This document shows, in pieces, positions 48,945 to 62,729 of a stretch of 64,000 bases of DNA (positions within the stretch are counted from its first letter, which is position 1; every line of letters starts with the position of its first letter). The stretch comes from Negaprion brevirostris (lineage: Eukaryota). The translations under genes were made by a program, and so were the position numbers. The stretch covers positions 123,262,584-123,326,583 of the forward strand of contig JARDVH010000001.1 of the NCBI GenBank assembly GCA_030324005.1, read 5' to 3'. The notes beneath the pieces are model-generated. The model ran no database searches and had not been told where the DNA came from. It was given only the letters and a program-made list of their open reading frames with translations.

Positions 48945-51900
48945 TGAAGACAAAGTTCCAGCTTCAACTGAGAATAACATTCTTTGTGTTGTGTAATGCT
49001 GCCACCATCCTTAACAGGATAGACCTGGACAGATCTAGCAGCTGAAAACTGGCCATCCATGAGGCACCGTGGGCCGTCAGCACCAAATTGTATTTCACCA
49101 GAGTCCGTAACCTCATGGTCTGGAAAACACCTCACTCTCAACCATTACCACCAAGCCAGGCTCAACCTTGTTCAATGAAGAGTGCAGGAGGACCGGCCCA
49201 GGGCAGCACTAGGTGCACCTAAAAAACGAAAATACCAAAAGCTGGTGTGCACAACAAATCCACTGTGCATGCTGAACAGAGGAAGCAGCATGCTATAGAC
49301 AGAGACCCCATAGCCAGTGAATTAGATCAAAGCTCTAGAGTCCAGTCAGACCTAGTCACAAACTGTCAAACTAAATCAGAAGAGGCAGCTCTACAAAATA
49401 TCCCTAAACATTCATCGTAAAAGACCAGGGGTAGAATTTTAAGGATGGTGAGTGATCAACGGTCACCATCCTGAGAATCAGCATTGTGGAAGCCCATTGC
49501 CATCTAACACTCACTCGAGTGTTCACTCACAGTGGGCGGACTTCCAGCTACCCTTGGAAATCCCACCCATGAGATCAGTCAGCCAATCTGATTGCCAACA
49601 GCTTCTCTAACCCTGCCAGTCCCAGTGCTGCAGCAGTCAGAAGCAGTACTGCAGCATTCTGCTGGGAACTAAATCCTGAGACCATTGGAAAAGTAAGTTT
49701 TGGGGTCCAGCTGGGTCAGGAGAAAAGGGGATGGGGGGGGGGGGAGATGGTGGTAGATGGTGGTAGAGGGGCGGACGAGGTGTAGAGTGGTGGACGGGGC
49801 TTGGGGGACGCTGTGATTGTGGCATCCAGGAGTAGGTCTGGGGGAGAGAGTCCTGGAGCTCCAACATCTCAGAGCAGAGGACACCCCATCTCTGGAGGGA
49901 GCCTTCAGAGTGAGGAACTGCACTCCACACCCCACTTCACCCAAGATGGGGAAATTTTTTTTTTTTTTTAAATACCTTTCCCACCCCATCCACACCTGCT
50001 CCCATCAATCTAAAAATTGAGACTGGATGGAAAAAGGGCTTAAAGTTGCCAACAAGGAGCCCCTTAACAGCCTTAATAGGTGGGTTACCCAACTGAGGCC
50101 CTGCCCACCCAAGTGCAAAATTACATCTGGGTTTGGGCAGACATCTAGGGGGAAGTGTCCTTCATTCAAATTTTACACACCCCTCCCCCACCACCCACCA
50201 TCATATCAGAACCCACCCGGGGTGTGGGGGGTGGGGGGGATTGTGGGGGAATGTAAAATTCTGCTCAAGCGCTTTGGTGTTTTCACTAACCTTCAGCCAG
50301 AAGGTCAAGTGGATGATCCATCTCGGCCACCTCCTCAGGTTCCTGCTATCAGGGATGTCAGTCTTCAATCGATTCAATTCACTCCACGTGATACTAAAAA
50401 ATTACTGAGTGCACTGAATACAAAAAAGGCCATGGACCTCACGCAACGTCATTGCAATTGTAGTACTGAAGACTTGTGCTCCAGAACCAGCCACAACCCA
50501 AGCCAAGCTGCTCCACTGTACTGTATTTACCCAACAAAATTGGAAAAGTGCCCAGATATAAATGTCCTGGCAACAAAAGATGTGGCAAATCCATTCTGGC
50601 CAATTACTGCCTCATTCCTCTCCTCTCAATCATCACCAAAGTTATGCGAAGTCTCATCAACAGTTATGACAAGCAGCACCTACTCAGCAATAACCTGCTC
50701 ACTAATGTTCAGTTTGGGTCCGATAGGACCACTGGACTCGATTTAATTATAAACTTGAGCCCAACATGGAGAAAAGAGCTGAATTCCAGGGGGAGGTGAG
50801 AGTGACTTCCCCTCATATCAAAACTGTATTTGATTAAGAGACCCTCATCGAGCAGCCCTTGCAAAATTGAAGTCGATGGGAATCAGGGAGAAATTCTGCA
50901 CTGACTGGAATCATACCGGCATGATGAATGATGATTGTGGTTATTGAGGGCCACAGGACATTGCTGTAGGAGTTCCTCAGGGTAGTATTCTAGGCCCCAC
51001 TATCTTCAGCTACTTAATCAATTTCCTTTCTGTCAACCTAAGGATAGAAGTGAGGTTGTTGACTGATGATTGCATAATGTTTAAATCTATTCACACCTCA
51101 AATAACGATGCAGTTTCTGCCCATCTGCAACAAGACCTGAACAACTTTCAGGCTTGGGCTGCTTGCTATGCACAGATTGAATGCTGTGTTTCCTATTCCA
51201 CATCACAAATACTGACAACACTTCAAAAGTATTTCAATAGATGTAAAGTGCTTTGAGATGTCCAGTGGCCTTTAAAAGCAGTATATAAATCTGAAGTATT
51301 CTTCGATAGGTGGCGTGTTACATTCACACCACACAAGCACCAGACAATGACAATTTCCAACGAAAGAGAATCTAACTCCCTCTGACATTCAGTGTCATTA
51401 CCATCACGGAAACCCCCACCATCAACATCTTGGGGGAGGCCATCACCAGAAAAGTAACTGGAGCATCCACATAAATAGCGCAGCTACAAGATGTCACAGA
51501 CTGGGTATTCTGTAGCAAATCTCCTGGCCTTCCAAAGCCTTTCCATCATCTACAAAGTACAAGTCACATGTGAAATAGAATACTCTCCATTTGCCTGGAT
51601 AAGTGCACCTTCATCAACACTCAAGGTGTTCGATACTATTGAGAATATAGCAACCATTCAACACCCATCCGCCACCAGCACATCGTGGCAGCAAAATACG
51701 CTGTAGCACATTGCTGAGGCTGCTTTGACAGCACCTTCCATGACCTCTACCAACTTGAAGAACCAGGGTTGCAGATACATGGAAAAACCACCAGCTGCCA
51801 ATTCCCAACCAAATTACACAATTCTGACTCTGAACTTTATTGCTGTTCCTTCACTGTCACTGCATCAAAACCCTGGACTTTCCTTAACCGCAGCATTGTG

Positions 51901-51990
51901 GCTGTACCCATACCAATGGTCTGTTCAAGATGGTAGTTCACCACCTACCAAAGGCAATAAATGTTGGCCTTGCCCACATCTCATGAATGA
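48945..51990 (+). mobile_element. Old CR1/L2-group LINE, interrupted by a DNA transposon and a SINE fragment
   Basis: GVPQGSILGP at ~50968, LLTDDC (degenerate FADD) at ~51056 and IEYSPFAW. Its 3' tail is shared with 23370-23720. Confidence 0.75.
49428..50266. mobile_element. Non-autonomous DNA transposon with terminal inverted repeats, nested in a LINE
   Basis: The left end gggtagaatttta pairs with the right end taaaattctgctc (reverse complement gagcagaatttta). LINE sequence resumes on both sides. Confidence 0.65.
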
Positions 51991-53409
51991 GTATAATATC
52001 CACAAAACTGAACATGACCCCACCCCAATCTACTTAATTGCCTTTGAGAATTTCCATGAACTATGTCCATTTACTGCCTTCAAACAGATTCTTAAAATTA
52101 GGTTTTAGTTTTAGATACATGGACACTTACACCTTGTAAAAGATTTTTAATTCATTTTCATGAATTAAACTTGATTACCGATCATTAACGTAACTCTCAA
52201 ACAATTTGGCAATGTTTTTAAAAGTAATTTTTAGGAGTTCAAATTTTGGCTGTTCACGGGTGGTGGAGCAGACACGAATGAAAAGCGTTTTATGATGAGC
52301 TAATTTCAGCAGTACGAATTAAACTGCACCAGGCTGCAATCAAATATATAATAGAATATTTCAAAGCTAACAAACTCTGAGAAAGGTGATGTTCTGTAAC
52401 GATGCATGGCAGATTTTACACTGATTGATGTGCATAAAAGCTTGGGTAGAACCTTGAAGACATTTCTCAAAACTAGCTCAATATTGAAAGTGGAACCAAA
52501 GATATGGATGCATTAGTATATCATTCAAGCACCATCCATAATATTCTCAGAATATTGACCAGTTATTCTCTCTCAATTCTAAATTCAATCCCATAAGCCT
52601 CATTATTTACACCTTCCAGCTGCTTATCACTTCACTTGGCAGTTTCAAAGGAGACATTAAGCTACGAGTCTCCAACTGCCATTTTTGTGCCTCTCAGTCT
52701 CTGTTCTTTTTTTTTCTCTGTCCCAAGACGATGTTTTTCTGCCACTTAGATTCTACCAAATATAATCCATAGAGCTGAATGCGGTATTTGCTTGTGTGCA
52801 ACGCTTCACTAAAGTGCTTCCTGTATGAGGTCAAGGGAATCTAACAAAGCAGCCGCAGCTCAAGAGGTGAGGAAGCAACATCCATTACTCATGTCATCAC
52901 TCCAGGACTGGCTGCATCTCTTCTCATGTGTAAAATCTGCAAAATTAGTATCTGAATGAAATGCATTTCAGAAGCCTGACTTCAATTTAATATTTAAATA
53001 GTAGTGTGTAAATTATTGATGTACTATTTAACACATGATTAATGCCTAACCATTACTGTGGTTTGTACATGAAAGCTGAATTAATTTTTGTTGAAGCCTG
53101 AACCACATGTTACAACTTGATAACATTATTGACGCAACAGGCTTTGTCGAGAAACCCCATAAAATTCCCCCATGAATTGGACTGCAAGTGTTATTTGTGG
53201 TGTTGCAAATAGAAGTTGTTTGATGATCTGATTTATTTTGAATATTTCTAAAACTGATCATTTCTGTTGACTGGATCTTGTTTGGAAATGTTCTCAGATG
53301 CTCTTTTTTCTCCAGTCAGAGTAGATCAACAATCCAATTTATTTCCTCATGCTTTTTTGTTTTTTTATCCTGCTGAACATACCCTGATCGTACTGGAGCC
53401 AGCTGGATT

Positions 53410-53970
53410 ATGTTACAGTTGTATAAAATGTTGGTTTATTAATTTTGAATACTGTGTTCAATCTGGTTGCCGTGCTACCAGAAGGATGTGGAGGCTTTAG
53501 GAGGAGTACAGGAAAGATTTACCAGGACATTGCCTGGTATGGAAGGTATTAGCTGTGAGGAAAGATTGAATTAACTGGGATTGTTCTCCCTAGAAAGTCA
53601 GAGGCTGAGGGGCAACCTGATAGAAGTTTATAAAATTGGGAAGGGCATAGATAAGATGAACAATTGGAAGCTTTTTCTCAGGGCAGAAATGACAATTACA
53701 AGTGGGCAAAGTTCAAGGTAAGGCGGGGGTAAAGGTTCAGTGGAAATGTGCAGGAGAGGTTTTTTTTTTACAATGACGGTGGTGGGAGGCGGCTGGAATA
53801 CACTGCCAAGTGAGGTGGTTGAGACAGACATGTTAGCGACATTTAAGAGTTATCTGGATAGACACATGAACAGATGGGGAATAGAGGGATACAGGCGGTT
53901 GGTCCAGATAGGATGATCGGCGCAGGCTTGGAGGGCCGAAGGGCCTGTTCCTGTGCTGTACTGTTCTTTT
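53410..53970 (+). mobile_element. CR1 LINE 3' end; near-identical tail at 54916-55030
   Basis: aggctgaggggcaacctgatagaagtttataaaatt...gagggccgaagggcctgttcctgtgctgtactgttct. Confidence 0.85.
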
Positions 53971-56900
53971 GTTTTTGTTACAAAAAGGAAAATGAGGTAG
54001 ACTTCCACACAACTTACAATAGCAGCTGGCTATACTGTGGAATTTTCCTGTCACGCCCTCCATGGGAATCATGACGGGTGGGGGCAGACCAGGCAAAGGT
54101 CCATTGACGCTGGGCGGGAATTTTCAGAGTCTAACTGGTCTATGTTGGAGTTTGTGTTCCACACAAACCTCAACGGCGCCTCTCAAGTACCTCAAAGCAC
54201 CCACACCCGAATCAATCACTTTTGAAATGCACATCTTTTTACAGACGTCGCTGATAAATTTGAATCAAACTGAGGCATGCGCTACGTCCCCTGTAGAATT
54301 AAAGGCATTTAATTCCCTTGGGATTCTAGCCTGCTCTTCATCATTCGTCCCAATCTCTTGAGTTCCCACTCACCTGAAGGAATGAACTTGGAAACCAGAA
54401 GGTCAAACCTGCAGTTCTGCCGATTGCCACCTTCCTCCTGCACCTGTCCTCTGTGGCACCTTCTCTGACCCATGCTCCGGGCTTGTAAAACTCCACAATC
54501 AGTATCTAAATTTCAGTACGACTGCTTCATCGCACCAACTCAGGAGAGGGCCGACTGGATTTGGGAAGATTTGGACTGAGGAATTACAGGTGTTTCTATG
54601 GCAACACTACCCGAGTGATGTCTCAAGTAGTGTATGAGTCCATTTGGAAGAACCCTCACCTCTTGGGTCAGGAGATTCCAGGTTCCAGTCCCACTCCAGC
54701 ACCCGAATGCAAAGATGGACGTCAAGGTGGCACAGTGGTTAGCACTGCTGCCTCACAGCGCCAGAGACCCGGGTTCGATTCTCAGCTTGGTTGACTGTAA
54801 AACTGAAGTTTATTTNNNNNNNNNNNNNNNNNNNNNNNNNNNNNNNNNNNNNNNNNNNNNNNNNNNNNNNNNNNNNNNNNNNNNNNNNNNNNNNNNNNNN
54901 NNNNNNNNNNNNNNNATAGACACATGAACAGATGGGGAATAGAGGGATACAGGCGGTTGGTCTAGATAGGACAATGTGATCGGCGCAGGCTTGGAGGACC
55001 AAAAGGCCTGTTCCTGTGCTATACTGCTCTTTGGATATTTTCAGTGTCTGGACTTTGGAGCCACAACAACTTGCTAAGCTTCTGAGCTCCCACTAAACAT
55101 CAGCATCATGATTGCTCCTTGACTTTTTGTTTTTCTGGGCAGTGAGTGCACATGATCCCACAATCAAGCCACCTGCCTTCACTTTGAAGGACATACCAGT
55201 CGCATGATTGTTCTGCTTTATGCCACAGAGAAATGCAAAGATGACACACCAGGTTTCATGTCTGGGAAGAGTTTTATTCAATGCTTTAAAATGTTTACTC
55301 CCAATGCTCTCAGCCTCGGTTTAGCTTCTTACTCTAAGAGACCACAACTAGATTTATGTAATCACAGACAGAGAACAGATACACATAAATCAAACATTAA
55401 ACAACAGAACACTACATTGGTCATTCATTCCAAATAAAAGGAAAGAGTGGGACCTCATCGATAAATTATGCAAGGACAAAGCAGTCTGGAAAAGAAAGTC
55501 CACAGGCATGAACTAGGAATGCCATAGTCATAGTGCTTTACTGCATGGAAAGAGACCTTCGACTTGTGTCTGCGCAGGCCAAATTATATTTACTGTTTCA
55601 TGGGATGTGACGTTGTTGGAAAGGCCAGTATTGCGTTGAAGTAGGTCATTTCAGAGGGCAGGTAACAGTCAACCATTTGTGTAGGTCTGGATTCACATGG
55701 AGACCATTCAGTAAGGATGGCAGATTTCCTTCCCTAAAGGGTTATTAATGAGTCAGCTGGATTTTTAACAACAGTTAATGACAATTCCATGGTCATTACT
55801 GAGACCAGCTTTATATTTCATAGTCATAAAGTTAATTTAGATTCCTCCAGTTGCCAAGGTGGAATTTGAACCCATGTCCCCAGTGCATAAATTGGATTTT
55901 TCAGTGACATTGTCACTATACCACTGTGTAATAATGCACAGAGGCTCCATTAGTGATCACAAAAATTATTTAATGAGGATTGTATAGTAGTCGCTGGGCT
56001 GTAGCTAGCTCCCAAAATGTTTCTTTTCCTAAGAGGGCTCCATTCTCTGGGGTGATTCCCCACTCTGAGTCCCAAATGGACCCCAGGACAGGTAACACTT
56101 ACTCCGCTGTGTTGCTCCTGAAGAGACAATCACCACACACTGGCGTGAATATTCCCCTCCCCACTGCCACAGGAATCATAGTTACTGGAGGTGGTGGCTC
56201 ATACAAAGGTGCATTGACCTCAGGTGGGATTTTCCAGTTTCAGGGCAAATGCAGCCTGAAAGTCCCACCCAGTGTCTCCCCTCTTAATTCCCAATTACTC
56301 CCACATTCCCCTAGTTCCAGGGCTGTTTGTTTTCTGAAGACGATTAAGGAAGGTTGGCAATCCTAGTCCTGAACACCAAGTGCTTTACGAAAGAAGATCT
56401 TTTATACAAAGAGGTCACAGCACAATTCGCAAGATAATTCTTTTCTTCACAAACTAATTGTATCTGTAACTGATTTTTATTTAAAATTTAAATATGTTGG
56501 CAACAATGCAATAGTGTTCATGTCAGCATCATGTGTAATGGTATAGAGTGGAATTTTGCAAGACAGTTCCTTATCTAAGCTGCACCAGGTAAAGTCAATG
56601 ACTCCCTGCAGAACAAGGCTGGGGAGCCTCAATGCACTGCTGTGTGCTTCCTAACGCTCAACAAAAGGTGATAGTGGCAGAGATCCTGGGTCACTTGGAT
56701 CGTTTCTCAGTGTTACAGAAAATTGAGCTGGAGGAGACCAAGAATAAATTGAAAAGAAAGGTTTGAAGTTATGTCACCTTCACTGGAAAGGTAAACATTC
56801 ATAATGAAGTGGCAGACCCTATTGCACTCTGCCTGACTCTCTGTTCAATTGAAGTTAATGGCAAAGAAAAAGTGTAAAATGAGCCTGGGTCACAGGAGGT

Positions 56901-57047
56901 ATCAATTCACCAAACCCAGTTTACACAGTTACACAAAATTAATTTCACCCTCTGCACTTTAAAATACATACTTGTTTTATTAATTGTCTTCAATTACTTG
57001 AAACTAACACATTAGGAATTAGAAGTCATTCAGAATTTTCCTCAAAT

Positions 57048-58020
57048 AGAACACAGAACATAGAACAGTATAGCCCCTTTGGCTCTGGATGTTGTGCCAA
57101 GCTACGTCCAAACCCAAGATCAAGCTATCCCACTCCCTATATTCTGATGTGTTCCACGTGCCTATCCAATAACCGCTTGAGAGTTCCGGAAGTGTCCGAT
57201 TCCACTATCACAGCAGGTAGTGCATTCCACACCCCAACCACTCAGTGAAGAATCTACCTCGGACATCCTTCCTATATCTCCCAGCATGAACCTTATAGGT
57301 TATGCCCCCTAGTAATAGCTACATCCACTTGAGGAAACATCCATACTATCTATCCGCCTCACCATCTTATAAATCTCTATTAAGTCACCTCTCATCCTCC
57401 TCCGCCCTAATGAGAAAAGCCCCAGCTTCCTCAACTTTTCCCTCATAAGGCCTACCCTCCAAACCAGGCAGCGTCCTGGTAAATCTCCTCTGCACTCTCT
57501 CCAATGCTTCCACATCCTTCTTATAGTNNNNNNNNNNNNNNNNNNNNNNNNNNNNNNNNNNNNNNNNNNNNNNNNNNNNNNNNNNNNNNNNNNNNNNNNN
57601 NNNNNNNNNNNNNNNNNNNNNNNNNNNNNNNNNNNNNNNNNNNNNNNNNNNNNNNNNNNNNNNNNNNNNNNNNNNNNNNNNNNNNNNNNNNNNNNNNNNN
57701 NNNNNNNNNNNNNNNNNNNNNNNNNNNNNNNNNNNNNNNNNNNNNNNNNNNNNNNNNNNNNNNNNNNNNNNNNNNNNNNNNNNNNNNNNNNNNNNNNNNN
57801 CAGCCTACAAGAGCCCTCCACCTCATCCACTACTCCACCAATCTTGGTGTCATCAGCAAATTTACTAACCCACCCTTTGGCCCCTCTTCCAAGTCATTGA
57901 TAAAAATCACAAATAGCAGAGGATCCAGCACTGACCCCTGTGGTACACCACTGGTCACTGGCCTCCAGTCTGAAAATTTTCGCTCCACCACCACCACCAC
58001 CCTTTATCTTGCAACAGTCA
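57048..58020 (-). mobile_element. CR1 LINE 3' portion, gapped
   Basis: Tail agaacacagaacatagaac. Encodes LGLFSLGRRRMRGDLIEIYK and a reverse [10 protein letters not shown]...KFADDTK. Confidence 0.85.
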
Positions 58021-58764
58021 GCAATTCTAACAACTTTTATGTATGAAAAGCTGTTAAACACAAACAGAAATCAGGAAGAAGAAACCTGTCATTACATAAT
58101 TTAAATAATTTTAAAAATCCTTTGAGCAAGAGGAAGTGTTTAACTTTATCAAAGCCTTGGTGGTACCTTTCTGCCTCGCTCATTCATGTAATGGCCTCAG
58201 TTGTTTCAGATTGCTAAGCATGGCTCACTGAAGCCATCATATTACAATGAAGGAAGCAGAAGAAGGTGGGTCCCAAGAATTATCTCAGCCAGAAAGGAAA
58301 TTGAACCCTTGATGTCGGTGTTACTCAGCACCACACTCTAACCAAATGAAATAACCAGTCCTACTTGATTATACCACAAGCGAGCAAGCCAGAATCCCCA
58401 AGCACCTCAATTCTGGGCTCAAGCTGAGTAACATCTTTCTGCAAATTAACTACTCCCATACTAAGAGCAAGGGAGAGCACAGATGCAGTGATAAATAAAA
58501 TCTCATTAAAACACATCTTGATAAGAGAAGAAAAGCTGATTTTCACTTCTGAAAGCCAATAGCAAGCTTTTGCAAAGTTGCAGCAAGACTAATGCACACT
58601 AGTGTAATAATTTCCTGAACCACACTGCAGTCCAAAGGTACAATAACTAATCATCTCTATGCATGTTAATAGGAGTATATTTTGATGAGACTAAATGATT
58701 GTTCTCCAGTTAAAACTTCAATGGTTGAAGTATGCAATCTAAATGTATTGCCTCTGTCCTCCTA

Positions 58765-59115
58765 ATTACAGCAACTGATTAGCAAAGCAAATGGAACAGT
58801 GTTGTTTATTGCGCAGAAAATGGAGTGTAAATGTAGAGTTGTTTTATCACAGTTGTTGGTGAGACCACATCTAAAGTACTATGTATAGTTTTAACCTCTT
58901 TATTTAAGGGACGGTATAAATGCATTAGAAGCAGTTTAGAGAAGATTCACGCAACTGATACCTGGGATTGGGGGTTGTTATTTTATAAGGAAAGGTTGGG
59001 CAGGCTGGGCCTGTATCCACTAAACTTTAGAAAATAAAGAGATGATCTTATTGTAACATACGGATATTCTGAGGGGACTTGACGAGATGAATGTTGAGAG
59101 GATGTTTCCCCTTAC
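58765..59115 (+). mobile_element. Old CR1 fragment
   Basis: gcaaagcaaatggaac...gtgagaccacatct...gatcttattgtaacata. Confidence 0.65.
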
Positions 59116-59598
59116 CATCTATCAAGCAGCAGCCCAGGAAAGGGGACTCTGTCCCGGTATGAATGCTTTGTCCCCCTCTACACTCTACTGGAACTCCTGT
59201 ACCATTGCTTACAAAACTAATTCATCTCTGCATGCCTATCTCATCATGTGAAGTCATCGCTACTGGAAAAGTGAATTGTCCAGCATCAGTTTTCAACCTG
59301 TCAATCTCTGTGAAGGAATATACCATCAGATATTGTGATCTTTGCTTGTAAATCTTTCTTACTTTATCCCTCTTTTACTGTACGATTGGAAAGAAGGCAA
59401 CATTGCGACCCTCCTCCCATGTTTGGGAGTGTACAAATAAAATGCATTCTGAGTTCATCCTATCACAAGTTTGCTATGGTGCTATTAATGGAAATTGGAA
59501 CACTGTGGCAGGCTGATTAAAATACAAAACCCATCACTGTTAAAACAACAACAGATAAAGATTACAGAGGACTTCCTGTTTAATTTTTACCACCCACT

Positions 59599-59599
<1 letters not shown>

Positions 59600-59638
<39 letters not shown>
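59600..59638. repeat. (CA)n microsatellite
   Basis: Direct read. Confidence 0.95.
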
Positions 59639-59641
<3 letters not shown>

Positions 59642-60760
59642 TTTCTCCTATCCATTAGGCAAAGTTAACATTAAGGCCACATAACAAACAGGAGGAGTAG
59701 GTCAGCTGGCCCTTCAAGTCTGCCCATAGCTGATCTGACCATCACCTTAACATCACTTTCCAGCCTGTCTCCCATGACCTGGAACTTCCTTGTCCATTGA
59801 ATGACTGCCTGATTCAGCCTTGAACATGTTCAATGAGAAAGTCTCCACTACTCTTTGGGGATAAAGACTAAAGACTCGGGCAGACAGATAGAGAAGAAAC
59901 TTGTACATTCAGTATAGAATTTTGCCCTAGCCAATGTTAATACATAAATACATTCAAAGATTTACTACACCAGATTGCAGATCTACTCTAAACAATTTGC
60001 TCAGGCTCTTTGCTGCATTGATATAATTCAAGAACAGACGTCTGAAACATAAGGGCACTTTGGTTGCAAGCATAACATCAAAAGATTTATGGAAGATGTG
60101 CTTTAACATTTACAGCAATCTTTTCTAGATATTTTATGTCAATCCTACATCGCTTAAGTACACAAGTAGAATCCCTCAACACTAAGAGCTGTAAATCCAT
60201 AAACTTCTTAATAGGCATTTGCCTGGCACTGCTAGACACATCAGAGTTACTGTATAAACCATAATGTGTTTGTTTTCATGGATAGAATTAACCTCAAATA
60301 CAATACAGCCATGAAGCTCATCAGATGACACATCCTGGTAGTGATAGATATCTTGGCTACTGTGGAACAATTCCTTGCACATACAGAATGATTTTAATAT
60401 ACTAAGATATCTCAAAGGACTTCCCAGGAGCAGAACTGGGCAAAATTGGCACTACGCCAATAGGCAAAACATTAAGCAGGTGTCCAAAAGCTTCACAGCC
60501 TGTAATTAGAGGAAATTTCTGATCATCCAGTAATGGACGTCAGGCAAGCAACCTGACCATATAGAGGAAATGGTGGAGCCAAGAGAGATGGTCCTCACAA
60601 AACCTGATAAGCAGACCAAATGCAAGTTTACAGAATTAAGAATGCAATTTCTACCAACAGCAATTATTCAAGACAGTTTATTATAATTCACATTGTGGGC
60701 TGGTTCCCTCTAATTATAAGGAGCCACAACCATTAGCACTTAATATGTTTAAACACTTAC

Positions 60761-61384
60761 TGGGCAGAAGTATGTATTTTCCACAATATATTTCGCCACA
60801 TCATGTTCCCCTGACATTGACATGATGAACAGCAACGCATCTCGAGCCTGTTGTCCCACTCCTCCCTCTCGGTGAATGAAGGGAATGAGCAGGGAGAAGA
60901 TGAGGAAGTTTGTTGCTCCCTGATCTTCACTCGTGTGGAAAAAGAGTTCCAGGATGGAAGGATCCTTGGCCAGGATAGAGCACAGCTGATTAAGCAGCAA
61001 AACCAGTTCCGTTTCCACAGAAGGAGTAGCAGCACCAGAGCACACACTCAACATCATCATTAAGGGCTTCAGGATTGGCTTGTGGTGCAGCAAGGGCTGA
61101 CGACATTGAGTGACCAACATTTCATACATTTTTATCTGCTCAATTTTCATTTCATCTGTGAACTGCCTTCGGAGGCTCCACAGGAAGAGTTTCTCCATGA
61201 CGTTTTCTGTCACCACAAACTCCAGGATGGGACCCATGGCAGCATCTTCAGCTCGCTCTTCAATCAGCAGAAAAATCATATGCTCAACATAATTCTGGAC
61301 AGCACTAGCTTCGTCTGGAGGGATAGCCCCGAGTTTAGCACTGGAATTCTTCAGTGGGTCATGCTTTTCCAAAATCTTCACCAC
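60761..61384 (-). CDS. FHIP1A: FHIP1A (FAM160A1) coding exon, VVKILEKHDPLKN...VENTYFCP, N-terminal RAI16-like/FHIP region
   Basis: The translation closely matches recalled human FHIP1A (VVKILEKHDPLKNTQAKYGSIPPDEASAVQNYVEHMLFLLIEE...HIVENTYFCP). Acceptor gcacag|GTG at 61384, donor CCA|gtaagt at 60761. 624 nt, phase 0-0. Confidence 0.95.
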
Positions 61385-61811
61385 CTGTGCAGGGATAAGC
61401 AGATATTAGTCACATGGCAACAGATTAATCTGCTGTTTTAAATCTCCATTAGGGCAGCAGTACACCAGAGAAAGGGAGGAGTGGAGGGAAAAACAAAGAA
61501 AAATCAATGAATGTTTTTACTTCCAGTTGCTGTCCAAAGAGCTTGGAATTCGAAAGTACATGTAATATATCACAGGGTGAGAGCAGCTCAGGTTCATGTA
61601 ATTGTGTAATGCAAATGACACCACCATGGCATGTGTCTAAAACAGCTTTCCAAACCAGAAGATACAGCACAACAATGGCAAATCTTCCCTTCATCTCAAG
61701 GCCTCAAATGCAATGGATACTGACTAATTTTCTCCTCTTATTTCCAGGGGCATTGAAACCAACCGTAGCATAGTGACAATAAACCAGATGATATAAACAA
61801 ATTTAACAATG

Positions 61812-62152
61812 AATCCCTACAGTGCAGAAATGGATCATCTGACCCATCGAGTCAGCACTGACTCTCCAAAAGAGCACCCCACTCAAATGCTTCCCTATCC
61901 TCATAACCCTGTGCATTTACCATGTTAGTCCACCTAACCTATACATCCTTGGTCACTGAGGGGCAATTTAGCATGGCCAACCTATCTAATCTACACATCT
62001 TTGGACTATGGGAAGAAACTAGAGCACCCAGAGAAAACCACACAGACATGGGGAGAATGTGCAAACTCTACACAGTCACCCAAAGCCAGAATCAAGCCCA
62101 GGTCCCTGGCACTGTGAGGCAGCAGTGCTAACCACTATGTCACCTTGCCACC
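61812..62152 (-). mobile_element. HE1-type V-SINE, full length, with a CR1-like tail
   Basis: Reverse head ggcactgtgaggcagcagtgctaaccact, V domain and ggggcaatttagcatggcc. Confidence 0.88.
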
Positions 62153-62729
62153 CTTAGAACAAGAAATGGGAATCAAATCTAACAGATCCTATAGGTCAAC
62201 AACCTGCTGGATAAGCTTCACAAGGAAAACCACCGTCTAACAGGTTTGTTTTGAAATACAGATTGGCAGGTAAGAGAGGAGCTGGATCACAATACTCTTC
62301 TTACAGAAGACTGAGTAAATGAAGACCATTATCAGTTGGTTGGCACTGTGTATTGGGGATGATTTTCATTGTTGCTGGTGGAAGCACTGCCTTCTCTATA
62401 CTTACACCCATCTTTACGAAGCAGCCTCCAAAAAAACAAAAGCATTGAAAATGTTATTATTTTCCATTTTCAATGTCTTACTCAGGTAACAGGTTGCAGT
62501 CCAATTCCTTAAATCAGCAAGCTAACAAGAGCAAGCAAATTAATTTTAGGTGTTAACCAATGTACTACCAAAGGAATATAAACTCCAAGTTTCAGCCACT
62601 CTTAATCCAGATAAAAATAATCAATTTGAGTAGGATAGTTTTTTTTTTAAGATAATGGCATTTAACACATAGTTTATGTGCTGTTCGGCAAATTCATTGG
62701 AGTCAAGTAAATCCGCAATGAGAATATCA

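Noticed and set aside
50027-50746. 239-aa ORF
   Set aside because: A chance read-through across a DNA transposon end and decayed LINE sequence, with no coherent protein.
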